The notes under the pieces are model-generated. The model was given only the letters and a program-made list of their open reading frames with translations, ran no database searches and had not been told where the DNA came from. Shown piece after piece: positions 27,323 through 41,123 of a stretch of DNA of 64,000 bases. The number at the start of each line of letters is the position of its first letter. Position 1 is the first letter of the stretch. This DNA comes from Gracilinanus agilis (lineage: Eukaryota), in NCBI RefSeq assembly GCF_016433145.1, contig NC_058134.1:98053417-98117416 (forward strand), written 5' to 3'. A program made the position numbers and the translations under genes.

Positions 27323-29619
27323 TTGGGGTCTTGTAGCAGTAAGGACTAGGAATCCACGAGCCCCTTGTTCTTGTTCTGCATTAGCTGATTATGGAAGGAG
27401 TTAGATCATGGTGTTATTAGGGCAGACACAGCCATAGTTTCAGTTCCAGTATGGGCAAATTCGTTTTTGCATAGCCATAAACTGCCATCCCAAGTTGTAC
27501 CTGGATATATCAGAACAAATCCATTTACCACTAAACAACTCAAAAGTATACATACAACAATTGTGCTACCTCTGTGTACAAAGAACAGTATTCTAAAAGG
27601 GTCTGGGTAGCTATAGGACAAGGAGTAAAAGATTCTCCTTTTCTAAGGCTCAGTTTTACTTTCTGCACAATGAGGGCAATGATTCTTGCAGAGGTTAATT
27701 GTTTCATATGAGATAACTCAAGGAAAAACAGTATGATGAAAAGGAAAATGTTTTTCCAGGCCTCTGCTTTCTTTTAAAAACGAATGGGTTCCCTTTGAAG
27801 TCCCATCCCTCTATTAGAGAAATTATAGCAGTGGAATTGGTCTACTTCCCTCAGTGAGCTTCAGTTTTCCTACCTAAAGCACAGGACTTACATTTTGTTG
27901 TTGTTGTTGTTCTACCTGCAAAAGAAACAACCAATAACTGGAAGGATGAGGAAAGAGCTTCTCATAACCAGCTGAGAAAAACAGAGAAACTCTGCAGTCA
28001 TGTTGTGGGGATATCTACCCTCCCCAAACTACTGCCACTTTACTGCTTAGGAAACCTTTCAGCCCTTTTCTTTTGACAGAATTTCCTTCCTGAATAGCTA
28101 CCCACAGGGAAGGCAAGCCAGTCTAGCTGAACAGCAATACATTCTGAGGGAGAGATAGGTGGTGGTATGTTCCGACAAATCAAACCATCACCATCACCTT
28201 GACTACCATCTCCCCTCAAACACTGATGGAAACAGCCCAGGATCCTAAACCCAGAAGCTTTAAGAAGAGCAGTATCCTCTAGGACACCAGATCTGCTTCC
28301 AGCCCAAGTCCTCTAGCTACTATCCTGATGGAGAAGAGGCCTGCCAGCAAAAGCCATTAGCTAGCTACCATCCAATGGGAAGAATCCTGGGTATGGATAC
28401 AACTTTCAAACCAGAGGGTCCTGCTTCTGGCCCAGCTATCACAGCCACTGTGGGAGGAAATGCCTATAGATAAGAAGTCAGACATGCCCAGTTGCCACCA
28501 TCTCCCTCAGACCCGAACAGACAACAGAGGATCGTGAATCCAAGAGGCTTTGGAATAGCAATGCTTCTAGTCCAGGAATCAGTATGAGTTTATCATATTC
28601 AAAGAAGAGGCATTAATTACTAGCTGCTTAGCTGCTGCACTCTAGAGATGATGGGACCTTTCCTCCTGACTTGCAGATGATATGTCTCATGCACGTTGTT
28701 GTCCCATTAGAATGTGAGATCCTGGAGAGTAGAGGGTCTGACTTTTTTGGTTTGTGTCCCTAGAGTTTGCATATTGTAAGTCAGGAAGGGAGAGAGGATC
28801 AGATAGAAGAAGGGAGGAAAGAGGCAAGGGAGGGATATGTGCTGATTATTTCTTTCAGATCTGAACACAATGTGTTTGGAGAAAGGGACACTAAGAAAAT
28901 TCCACACATTGGATCACAGGCTTTAGAACTATATATAGGGCTTTAAATACCATCTAGCTCCCTGGTTCTCCATGTGGTCTGGGGACACCTTGGGGTACCT
29001 ACAACCCTTTTAGGGAATCCTCCATCAATTCTTCATGCCATGCAAAAGATCTCCTTAATATTGCCTGTCCCTCTGTAAGACATACCTCCAATTATGTGTA
29101 GATGGTAGATGGCTTGAAAAGCTATATGATGAAAGATGCCAACTCTGCTCCTAAGAATAAGAAGAATCACACAAGAATGAAACAAACTTTTTTTACTTAC
29201 ATATGAATAATGAAATTGTCATTTTTAAATGACTGAAAGCAAAGTCATCCCAAATTTTCATCAAATAGGTATAAAATTCCTGCTGTGTACCTAACAGAGG
29301 GCAAGGGCACAGTACTAAAAGACTATAGGTCCTAGCAGGTGATACTTTAGTCTGTTGCCTACAGAGGATTTCAGAGGGTATAGATATGGGCTGGGGCAGA
29401 ACAGGACCTGAATGCTAAATGCTCTATATTGCTTCCAAGCTTACTAAGCTTTCTGGCTTAGTAGGAGTTGGTATTGTTAATGGCTTCAACCTCTTCTAGT
29501 CTCTAATAGATAAAGAAGTCAGGACTGTAAAAGATAATTCTCTTTCAGTTGGCTACTGCCATCCTCAAAATCATGGTTTAAGCAGACCAAGGATGGCAGG
29601 TCATTAAATGAGAAAGTTC

Positions 29620-31310
29620 TCTAGCCTTTTTTCTTTAAAAATCTCAATTAAAATTTTTAGAAAACTTTTTAAAAATCTCAATACTGTCTTTCTCCAGGGA
29701 AGGTCTTTGGTTGAAGATGACATGACTAGTGAGCCAAATATACATCCTGAGAAGGCTCCAGAGGGTGGGCAGGACAAATAAAAGGTGGCTAGCTGGGCCA
29801 CAGTTAGCCAAATGCTATACTTTTCCCCATAGGACAATGGGTCCTGCTGAGCCTCTCTTCTGGTTTTCAGACCAGGTAATTCTTTGTGGAGAGGGAAGCT
29901 CCCCTTCTCTGGGAAAATGGTGGTGATAATAGAGACCTGCAGGACTAGAGTCTGACAACAGCCCATCGAAACTAATCTTTCACTTTCCTTAACTTCAAAA
30001 TGCAAACAGATCTTCAGGAAGATGTGTAGGTAGTGTGCCTACCTTAGGAAGGTATGCAAGTCATGCACCTGTGGCAGCACTTGGCTCACTGAGATACTGG
30101 CCACTCAGGTCGACATCAGGGCTAAAGGAGTTTCACTAGGCTTGATGGTTTTTGGCATAATCACAGAGGTGGTGCTTCTGTTCTATACATCATTCTAATA
30201 TGCAAAAGGTGGAGTCCTAATGGCCTGTGGCTATCAGGGCAGGAAGCTACCCTGACCTTGTATCTTAGATAGTAGACTCTGGGCTTCTTTTAAGTCACAG
30301 AAATGGCCCAAGCTGTATCAATGACAATCTGGATACCATGTTGGTTATGGAGAAAACTTCTCATCAATGTGTTGAAGTAATGTGTAAAATCAGGGGACGA
30401 GGAAGGAACCATCTGCCTTCCTGGTTTGTTCCACATTAGAACCACTATCTGCCACCAAGAAGCCTAGGTTCAGGGTGAGCCATGAACTGACCTGCTTCAC
30501 CCACTCTTACTGCTTACTCTCCAAGGTATCCTTCTGGGGCAGACCATATGTAAAACATAGCATGGTTCCGATGGCTAGCTGCTTCAGTTGTTTTTTTCAA
30601 TTGTTTTATATACTTCCCACTGAAGAGAAACTGCCTGATAGTTCGGAGTTCTGGATTTGTGCGTGTTAGGAGTAACATTGGTCCATTTTTCCTTCAGGCC
30701 ACTTCATCTTCTAGAAAACCTGCAAGTACATGGCTTCATGGAGCTGAGGCAGAGCCTTTAACAAAGAGGCTCAAGAGAACAAATGGTAGTGACTCAACAT
30801 GGACTATAAATTGGCAAAAGGGTTTAGATGAGACAAAGGAGTGAGGCAGAGCCATGATACAAAGCAGCTCTGTAATGCTGTAGTTCATAAGAGGGATCCA
30901 CTCCATTCTTGTTCTCCCTAGCTCTTTCAAGGGGGACCAATGAGTCTGCTCTTCTATGTAGTGGGCACAGATGGAATACCAAAGGTTTTCTAATCATCAG
31001 ATTTCAGAGCCAGCTCACTCTCAGATAGCAAGGAAATGCTGATGGGTAAGAAGAATTCCTTCTTGGCCTATTTACTGTCAGTGGATTCAACAACTAACTT
31101 CTTATTTTCCTTCTCATCCCTTTCTCATTGCTATTCTTTCCCATTTGAAGGAAATATTTGCCTTTTAAGTGATGCCACAGAGCTGTGCTGCCTAAAGTGA
31201 ACTTTGCCCTAGCTGATGCTGACCCATTATAGGGTACAGATGGCTTGGCTGGTAGTTTTGCCGTTAATAACAAAGAACTTCCAATTCCGTGAGATAGACT
31301 TTTGAAGCTA
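29620..31310 (-). pseudogene. Decayed BED zinc finger plus hAT transposase (ZBED6/ZBED6CL-like) in LRRC61 intron 1
   Basis: Frameshifted minus-strand translation gives several recognisable segments. BED finger: SRNWKFFVINGKTTSQAICTL*WVSIS*GK..LGSTALWHHLKG (~31180-31300). Core: WLTLNLGFLVADSGSNV...FLVP*F, then DSTFCILE*CIEQ and SVSQVLPQVHDLHTFL. hATC-like tail: DPLSYGEKYSIWLTVAQLATFYLSCPPSGAFSGCIF (ORF 29604-30005). Many stops and indels are present. Confidence 0.8.
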
Positions 31311-32025
31311 ACAGTTCAGGGGTACATGCTCATGATTAGGGTCACTTAGCTCTTGAACCAAAGGGAGGGGTTTGAGGGATCTGGATGGGGCCCTAACTTT
31401 TTCCTCTGGTTTTGGCTACTAGATAGGAAAACATTTTCCCCCTCTTTTACTGGCTACTCTTCCTTCTGGCTAGACAAATTTTAGGAGTTTAGTGTCCCTT
31501 TGATTCTCATTCTCACTACAGTGGTCACTCTCATACCAAAAGAATATCTTGGTGATGATATAGGAAGATTTGGGCTAGAGTTGGAAAATAAATGCTGTGG
31601 CTGGAAATGAAATATAGATACTGCAAACACTTTCCCCCTTTTTTCCCCTCGCTACTTGATCTCCCGGGTTCTTCTAATTCCTTTCTTTGGATAGATCTTC
31701 TTTTTGAGAAACTTCTTTCTTCATTCCAACAGATGATTTCTCTCTAGATGACAACTGAAAGCCTCCTTCTTCCTTGTTCTGTTGAATACTGACCCGGAAA
31801 AACATCCAGGTTTCCTAGGAGCTATCTCTAACACTTTGTCAAAGAATTGCCTTTTTGAAGCATATGGTGTGGTGAAGGACTTTTCATTCCTGTTTGTTCA
31901 CATCAGCTTAGTTCTAACTGGACAAAGATTAGATCTTCTAATCAGCATATATGCAAAAAACAATCCTTTGAGAGGCTAGGCCTTTCTTCCCCTTAGAGTT
32001 AGAGTCTTAGCTTATTCCTTTAACC

Positions 32026-32217
32026 CAGTGGTTCCCAAACTTTTTTGGCCTACCGCCCCCTTTCCAGAAAAAATATTACTTAGCACCCCCTGTCACATAC
32101 TATCACCGCCCCCTTACAGTTATTCACCGCCCCCAAATGCACCTATGGCCATCACCACCTCCCTGGATCGCAGCAGCACCCACCAGGGCGCTGCGGCGCC
32201 CATTTTGGGAATCACTG
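32026..32217 (+). mobile_element. hAT-type MITE, family 2
   Basis: TIRs cagtggttcccaaa...tttgggaatcactg and an 8-bp TSD ctttaacc/ctttaact. An inverted sister copy lies at 48433-48625. Confidence 0.88.
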
Positions 32218-33049
32218 CTTTAACTATTTCTTTTCACTGGACTTTCAGTCTGATTTCAGTCTCTAGTATACACTTCCTGATATCTGAGTTAATAGCTGAG
32301 GGACATTAGTGATGCCTCGGCCAGTTAGGTGGCTCAGTGGATAGAAAGCTAGGTTTGGAGATGGGAAATCCTGAGTTCAAATTTGGTCTTAGACACTCTC
32401 TAGCTGTATGACCTTGAACAAGTCATTTAACCCCAAACTGCCTAGCCCTTACCACTCTTCTGCCTTGGAACTGATACTAGCATTGCTTCTAAAATAGAAG
32501 GTAAGGGTTAAAAAAATTTACTAACTGACAGACAGCAGGCCTATTTAAAACCTCATCTTTTATGAAGTTTATTTATTCATGTTTTCCCACAAAGAATTCA
32601 CCCAACACAAAGAAGTCTTAATCCCACCATTTCTTCATATCAGTCCTACCAATGTTACACTTCACTTCTTCATCTGAGGTCTCTCACTCCCTCTACAGAT
32701 TCTTGGCTTACCTGATTTTCTGCAAAGTTCATTCTTTATCCACTTTGTCTTTCTGGTATCAATAGCTTAATCTGGTATCTTTCAAGCAACTGTTATATGG
32801 GATGAGGGGAAAGAAAAAACAATAGCTTTAGAATCAGACAACATTGGTTCACATCCTGTTTCTGCTACTTATTAGCTATGTGACCTCAGGCAAATCTTTT
32901 CATCACTGTCTCAGTTTCCTAATCTATAAAAATAAGGAAGTTGTGGCAGATAAACCAAAATCTGGTCAAACTTTAAATCCTGTGAATTGTAAACCTTATC
33001 ATGTTTGAGTGTTCAGTACATATAAACACATTTATAGAAATCCTACTTA

Positions 33050-35470
33050 CATATAATGTCTTTTGTAATTTAAGTCCGAATTCTTTTTTTTCTTCTTTAG
33101 TTTTAGAAAGGAACTTTTTTGGTCATTTGGCTGAAGAGGAAAGTCAGAAGAAGGTTCCCTCCTGTCTGTGAGTTGGTTTTTTTTGTATTTTTTATTATCA
33201 TGCAAAACACACTTCCATATTTGGTCATTGTGGTAAGAACACACTCAGACAAAACCAAAATAAATAACCCATGTAAAACCTAAAAACACTGATGTGAAAG
33301 ACTGTATGCTTTGATTCACATTCATTCAACTCCAACATTTCTTTCTTTGGAGGTGGAGTGCATTCTCTGTCATAAGTCTTTCAGGATTAACCCAGATCAT
33401 TGCATTGCTGAGAGCAGCCAAGTTTTCACAGTTGATCCATCACATAGTATTGCCGTTGCTGTATAAAATATTCTCCTGGTTCTACTTATTTCAGACTGCA
33501 TCAGTTCATGCAGATCATTCCAACTTTTTCTGAAATCATCACATCTATAATTTCTTATATCACAATAGTATTCCATCACCAACATGTTCCATAATTTGTT
33601 CAGCCATTCCCCAACAGATGCATATCCCCTCAATTTCCAATTCTTTGCCATTACAAAAAGAGCTGCTATAAATATTTTTGCACAAATAGGTCCTTTCCCC
33701 CCACTTTTTTTATTATCTCTTTGGGATAAAGATTCAGTGGTGGTATTATAAGATCAAAGGGTATGCACAGTTTTATAGCCCTTTGGGCATAGTTCCAAAT
33801 TGCCCTTCAGAAAGGTTAGATCAATTCACAACTCCACCAACAATGTATGTGTCCCAATTTTGCCACATCTCTTCAGCATTTTTCTCTTTCCTTTATTGTC
33901 ATATTGGCCAATTTGATAGGTGTGAGGTGTTTTAACTTCAGTGTTATTTTAAATTGCATTTCTCTAAAGCAAGAGTGATTTAGAACATTTTTTCATATGA
34001 TTATTGATGGCTTTGATTTCTTCATCTGAAAATTACTTGTTTATATCCTCTGACCATTTGTCAAATGGGGAATGGCTTATATTCTTATACATTTGTCTTA
34101 GTTCTTTATAAATTTGAGAAATTAGACCTTTATCAGAGAAATTTATTCTAAAATTTTCCCCAGTTTATTGTTTCCCTTCTAACTTTGGTTACAATAGTTT
34201 TGTTTGTTCAAAAGCCTTTAATTTAATATGATAAAAAATAATTCATTTTACATTTTATAATACTCTCTATCTCTTGTTTGGTCATAAATTCTTCCCTTCT
34301 TCAAATATTTGCCAGGTAAACTATTCTGTGTTCTCCTAATTTAGTTATGGTATCACTCTTTATATCTAAATCATATACCCATTTTGACTGTATCTTGATA
34401 TAGGGTGTGAGATATTGGTCTATACCTAGTTTCTACCATACTATTTTTCAATTTTCTCAGAAGTTTTTGTTAAACAGTGAATTCTTATTCCAAAAGCTAA
34501 GATCTTTGGGTTTATCAATCACTAGGTGGTTAAGGTCATTTACACATATATATTTTGTTATCTAATCTATTCCATTGGTCTACCATTATATTTCTTAGCC
34601 ATTTTTGATGATTTCTGCTTAATAGTAGAGTTTCAGATCTGGTATTGCTAGGACACAATCCTTCACATTTTTTTTCATTAGTTCCCTTGATATTCTTGAC
34701 TTTTTGTTTTTCCAGATGAATTTCGTTATTATTTTTTCAGTTCTATAAAATTATTTTTTGGTAATTTAATTAGTATGATACTAAATAAATAAATAATGTA
34801 GAGTTGCCATTTTTATTATATTAGCTTGGCCTACTCATGAGCAATTAATATTTTTCCAATTGTTTAGATCTGACTTTATTTGTTTGAAAAGTTTTATAAT
34901 TGTGTTCATACAATTTCTATGTTTGCTTTGGCAAGTAGATTCCCAGGTATTTTATATTGTCTAGAGTTATTTTAAATGGAATTTCTTTATCTCTTTCTGC
35001 TTAACTTTGTTGGTAATATGTGGAAATGATGATGGTTTCTGTGGACTTATTTTGTATCCTGCAACTTTACTAAGTTATTATTTCAATTAGTTTTTTATTT
35101 GATTCTCTAGGAATCTCTACTTATACCATTCATATCATCTGCAAAAAGTGATGGTTTAGTATCCTCACTGCCTACTTCAATTCCTTTAATTTCTTTTTCT
35201 TTTCTTTTAGCTAAAACTAACATTTCTAATGCAATGTGAAATAGTAGTGATGACAGAGGGCATCCTTGCTTCACTCCTGATCTTACTGGGAAGGTATCTA
35301 ACTTATCTCCATTGCAGATGATATTTGCTGATGGTTTTAGGTAGATACTACTTATCATTTTAGTAGATAACTAACTCATTTATTTCTAACTTTATAGTGT
35401 TTTTTAAACAGGAATAGGTGATGTATTTGGCTGAAGGCTTTTCCTGCATATATTGAGATAATCAGATGAT
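33050..35470 (-). mobile_element. 5'-truncated L1 LINE (ORF2 RT to 3' end)
   Basis: ORF fragments [31 protein letters not shown]...LFADDM (35107-35358) and GEWLNKLW.M.VMEYY (33397-33651), plus an A-rich 3' tail near 33080. Confidence 0.92.
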
Positions 35471-36229
35471 TTCTGTTAGTTTGGTTTTTGATATGGTGCT
35501 GATAGTTTTAAGTCCAAATTCTTGATGTATAATTGTTGAAGGCACAATGGCCATGGGAAAAAACTAGCAATACAGAGACCTTGTTTTTGTCTTACCTCTG
35601 GCACATATTTCCCATGTGGTCTCAGGCAAATCATATTTTCAGGCAGATCAATATTTTCGCCCAATCAGAAATCTGCCTCTACAATCCTCATCATTTAGAC
35701 TTTCCGTGAACATTTCCTATGATGGAGATATCCTCTACCTCAAAAGCAGAGTTAGAATCTTATAAAAATGGGTCATCTAGGTAGTTCAGCAGATAAAGAA
35801 CCAGGTCCAGAAACAGGAGCTCTTGGGTTCAAATCTAGACTCGTATACTTCCTACTTGTGTGGCCATGGGCAAGTCTCTTATCCCTGACTAATTTATAGC
35901 TTCTATCAGAAGGAAACTTTTTTTTTAAATCTCATAACTAACATAAATGTATGACTATATAACTATAAAGCATTCTTTAAATCTTAAAGCACTTTATAAG
36001 TGCCAGGCAGTTACATATTATACATATAACTGTATATTATTATGTATTATCGCCAGCATTTTACTATTATATAGGAGCTGAAAGCACTCCAAACATCACT
36101 GAAAATAAGCCCTTATTTTACAGATCAGGAATCAAGTCCCAGAGAAGCTGCCCAAGATGACACAGTAGCAATTTCCTCTCTTGTCACTGAGGATGACCCT
36201 CATTCCTGATTCATCTACTTACAGCAGCA

Positions 36230-36900
36230 CGGAGCGGGCATATGCTGTGGCAGTGATTTGCTGACTAAGGCGTCTTCATGGGCGGGCAAGGCACCCGTCG
36301 GGTCACCTCGTTTGGTCAAACTAGCCGTAAACCACCTCGGCCCCTCCCCGGCTCCGGCAGTGAAGGAATGTGAAGAAGGGATGATGCACAACCTCCAGCC
36401 CTGCCTCCCCAGGCCAACCCTGCTTCCGCTGACCGTGACCGTGACTAAGTCTCGCCTCGCCAGGCCCTTACCCCGCGCCGCCGCGGAGAAAGCCGCCGTC
36501 AGTCAGGGAGGTAATGAACTGCATCCCATCCAGCCCTCCCGCAGAGACTGGAGGGACGTGCTGGAGCGGCTCCAGACCAGCTCTCCTCCGCTAGAGGTGG
36601 TCCAGGACCGCAGCCTCCGGGATGAGCCAATAGTGAGGCTGGGGGGAGGGGGAGCCCTAGAACTGGACGGGCTCATCGGAAGCGATTGAGAGGAGGGCCC
36701 AGTCATCACTCAGGATGCAGGAGGAGTTGCCTGGGAGAATGACTGTCTTCTAAAGCCAGAAAATCATACTTCTATTTATTACCCGCAATCCCCGGAGGAA
36801 ATAAACAGGATGATACCATTCTAGCGGAGAAGATCCCCATCCCCCTTCCCATTTATCAGTGTGCTTGTACTCAGTTCGGCGCATGCGCCAAATCGCTTGT
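36230..36900 (-). promoter_or_regulatory. LRRC61: CpG island containing the probable LRRC61 promoter and non-coding first exon
   Basis: CpG-dense region with an NRF1 palindrome GCGCATGCGC at 36879-36888, a CCAAT box at ~36627, and a strong minus-strand donor GGG|gtaagg at 36472/36471. The link to LRRC61 is inferred. Confidence 0.7.
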
Positions 36901-37019
36901 CTCCCAGCAACAGATCCCAAGCATCCCCCCCTAATAAGTGGATTCCATTTTAGGTGGTCTGGACATTGCCAAAGCCCAGGTTCACCAGAATGCTCTTTGT
37001 TCTTTAGGTAAAGTCATTT

Positions 37020-39800
37020 TGAAATCGGAATACTAAAAGTTCTACTAAAAAATGTAACAGAAACCATATGATTATATTAAGATACGCAGAAAAAACTTTT
37101 GACAAACTACAACACATTCTTACTTAAAAAAAATTCAAATAGTATAGGTATAATTGGATTTTTCCTTAGAATATTAATAAGCATTTACCTAAAACTATCA
37201 GCAAACATCATCTGTATGGGGGCAGCTGGGTAGCTCAGTGAGTGGAGTGAGAGTCAGGCCTGGAGACAGGAGGTCCTAGGTTCAAACCTGGCCTCAGCCA
37301 CTTCCCAGTTGTGTGACCCTGGGCAAGTCACTAGACCCCCATTGCCCACCCTTACCGCTCTTCCACCTATGAGACAATACACCGAAAGTACAAGGGTTTA
37401 AAAAAAAAAACATCATCTGTAATGGAAATGCTAGAAGCCTTCCCTTAAGGAGTAAAACAAGAATTAATATTCATCATCATCATCATTAATATTATTAAAT
37501 ATTGTTCTAGAAATGCTAGCAATAGCAATCAGAAAAGAGGAGATTGAAGGAATCAGAACGGGCAAAAAGATAATAAAACTATCTCTTTTTGTAGATGAGA
37601 TATATATTATAGAGATTCACATAAAAAATTAATTGAAACAATTTTAGCAAAGTAGCAGGATATAAAATAAACCCATGTAAATCATCAGCATTTCTATATG
37701 TTACTAACAATGTCCTGCAAGAAAAGATAGTAAGAGATAATCTATTTAAATTAACCGTAGATAGAATAAAGTGTCTAGGAGTATGCCTTCCAAAACAAAT
37801 ATAGAAACTATATTAACATAATTATAAACACTTTTTATACAAATAAAGTCAGATTTAAAAAATTGGAGAAATATCAATTGTGCATGGATGGGCAGAGCCA
37901 ATAACTAAAGCGACCGTTTTACCTAAACTAATCTACTTATTCAATTTCATCCCATTTAAATTATCAAAAATTATTTTATTAAACTAGAAAAAATAATAAA
38001 AATTAATTTGGAAAAACAAAAAGTTAAGAATTTCAAAGGAAATAATGAAAATAAGTACTAAGGTATGAAGTCTACCAGTATAAGTTTTTAAACTATATCA
38101 TAAAGCAGTAATTATCAAAACTACCTACTATTAGCTAAGAAATAGAAAGGTAGATCAGCAGAAAAGAATACCCATACAGGAAATAATTGTAAAGATTATA
38201 ATAATCTTGTGTTTGACAAAAGTAGATTTCCAAGTTTTTGTAATAAGAATTCACTTTTTGGTAAAAATTATTGGGAAAATGGATAGCAATTTGGCAAAAA
38301 TAGATATAGATCAATATTTTACACCATTTACCCAAGATAATATCTAAATGTATATATGACTTGAGCATAAAGGGAGCTATTATAAGCAAATTAAAAGAAC
38401 AGGGAACATTTTACCAATCAGATTTATAGATAGGAGAAAATTTTATTAATAAATAAGAGATAGAAAACATTGTGAATTATAAAATGGATAACTTTGAATA
38501 AATTAAATTAAAAAGGTTTTGGAAAATTAAACTAATGTAACCAAACTTAGAAGGAAAGCAGTACATTAGGAAAAATTTTTATAGACAGTTTCTTGGATAT
38601 AAGTCTCATGTCTAAAATTTACAGAGAACTTTGTCAAATATATAAGAATACAAGCCATTCCCCAGTTGATAAATGGTCAAAAGATATGAACAGACAGTTT
38701 TTGGATGAAGAAATCCAAGTTATACATAACTATATGAAAAAATGCTCTACATCACTACTAGAGAAATGCAAATCAAAATAACTCTGAGATATCATCTCAT
38801 ACCTATTAGACTGGTTAAAATGATAAAAGGGCAAAATGAAGGGAATAATAGAAAAGGACCATCTAGACCTTCTGAACATAGAAAATGAAATTCCCATTTG
38901 AAGAATTTAGATTGGCCCTTAAAAAAAACCCCAAAAGATATAGCAGAAGGGGGCGGGGGTGGGTTGTGATATGAAAAGAAAAAAAAAAAAACAACAATTT
39001 TTGAAACACCCAGGGAGGAAAGGATGAACCAAAGAAGTGTAACAGTGATTGAATTAAACAACCCAATGAAATGAGATAAAGTGACAAATTGGATTAGAAA
39101 ACACAATTTCTTGCTTATAGGAAATATATTTAAAAAGAAAAAAATACACAAAATAAAATTAAGAGGATGAGGAGAAACATACTATATTTCTTGCAAATTC
39201 AAAGAACTAGGAGTTGTAAAGAAAAAAGCAAATACACAAATAAAAAGAAACAAATAAGGAAATTATATTATGCCAAAAGGAATGCAGACAGCAAACCAAT
39301 ATAGTAAAAACAAAAGAAAACAAAAAACCTTATATTCTCCAAATGTGTTAGAATCTAATTCCTAATCTAAAATCCTAATCCTAATCTAAAAAAATAAATA
39401 AAAGAAGCATAATCTGATCTATAAGAAGACATAACATTAACACACATGTTCCAGTAGAATTCAGTATCCCTTTATCTGTTTTCAATAAATCTAGTAGATA
39501 AATAAACAAAAGGCAAAAAGTAGAACTTAACAAGTTTCTGGAGAAACTAGAGTTAAAAAACACATGGAAACTTCTAAATGGAAAAGCAAAACAACATGCA
39601 TATTTTTTGTACCAAATGGAATTTTCAGAAAGAAGAGCAAGATATATTGGAAACAAATGTCAAAAGGCATAAATACTTAATATATCATTTACAGTTCATG
39701 ATGCAATAAAATTAAAAAAAATTATTCAGGGACCACAGTCAGAAGACAGAAACCCAAAAGGAGAATTAACACTGGCATTTGAAATAAACATGGGTCAAAG
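37020..39800 (+). mobile_element. Degraded L1 ORF2 fragments, interrupted by a young SINE
   Basis: gatacgcagaaaaaacttttgacaaa (DAEK.FDK) and downstream ORF2-like text. A SINE at 37218-37410 has TSD aaacatcatctgta. Confidence 0.8.
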
Positions 39801-41072
39801 AATATATGACAGACAATAACAGTGAACATCTCCCATTTTGTTTTTATTCTTATTCCTTTCAGTTTCGAAGTGTGATATATCTAATGGAGTAAGAAAACAA
39901 TCATGTGAAAAAAGGTCAGGAGAATGAGCCATGTGTTAATTTGTTGCTCTTAGCTGTAGTAAGTTTTTAGAACAGAGTATTCTGAAGAAAGAAAGAAAGG
40001 AAACAAGTAGTTTTTAAGTGCCTACTTTATGTCTGGTATTGTGCTAATCACTTTACAAATATTAGCTCTTTTGAGACTGAATGGTAGGGGCTATTTTTAT
40101 GTCCATGTTACAGTCGAGGAAACTAAGGCAGACCACACACCCTTCTGTTCATAAGATAAATTGAGAGAAGTCATAGATTAAACACATTATTTCTGAAGTC
40201 AGATGTAAAATAGTTTTTATCAAGATGTTCCATAAGGACCAGTAATAAAGAATGCTGCTATTAAAATTATAATTTAAAAGGCTTGGGACTTTAGTAAGCC
40301 AGGATATATCTAGGGCTCTTCTAGCTCTACCATTCTACAATAATAGAGTCTGAATTAAGGTGAAAATGAGATTCAAGAAGCTGGAAATGTTCAGACTAAA
40401 TGAGGGGTCCCCTTCATAACTGAAATTAGGAAAGAGTCTTATAAAAACTGTTAGCACAAGTAAAAAATATTGATATGTCCTAGTGCCGTGATATTGAACC
40501 TATGGCACATATACCAAAGAGGACATGCAAAGCACTCTCTGTGGGCATTGAGGTGTCGTTGTCCAACATAGTTCATTACTAGAAAGGAAGAAGGACTCAG
40601 GCTCCCTTCCCCCTCTTCACTTCACCTCCCTGCCCCTCTGCCCAGCAACCCAGTGGAAGTACAAAGAGGGTAAGGTGGGTGGCTCATAGGCAGCAGAGCT
40701 GGAGGGGAGCAGAGCACTCTGGCCATTCCCCTCCCCCTTTCTATATGCACTGAGGACATTCCTCACTTCACCTGCTCCTCTACCCAGCAACCCAATGAGA
40801 GGGCTTTCTCTCTCCCTTGGGTGAGGTAAAGGCAGGAAGAAATGGGGTGCATGAGGCACTTGGTCTGGGAGGCACACAGTCTCTTGGGCAGGGTAGGGAT
40901 TGGAGCATAGCAGTCTCTAAAAGGTTCTCCATTACTCTCCTAGTGTGTTACCCAATCCTGGAAGTAACTTAGAACAAGGCTAAAATGACTCTCCAAATGC
41001 TCACTTTTAAAGATGTTAGTCAACACTAAGTTAAGAAGATAATTTTTTTTTCTAGTGGAGGGCAGAAGGAGA

Positions 41073-41123
<51 letters not shown>

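Noticed and set aside
27406-27621. Hydrophobic 71-aa minus-strand ORF in the LRRC61 intron
   Set aside because: It is short, has no ATG start and shows no recognisable homology or supporting exon structure.
36258-36689. 143-aa plus-strand ORF in the CpG island
   Set aside because: It has no ATG start in the track and no recognisable domain, and GC content explains it.
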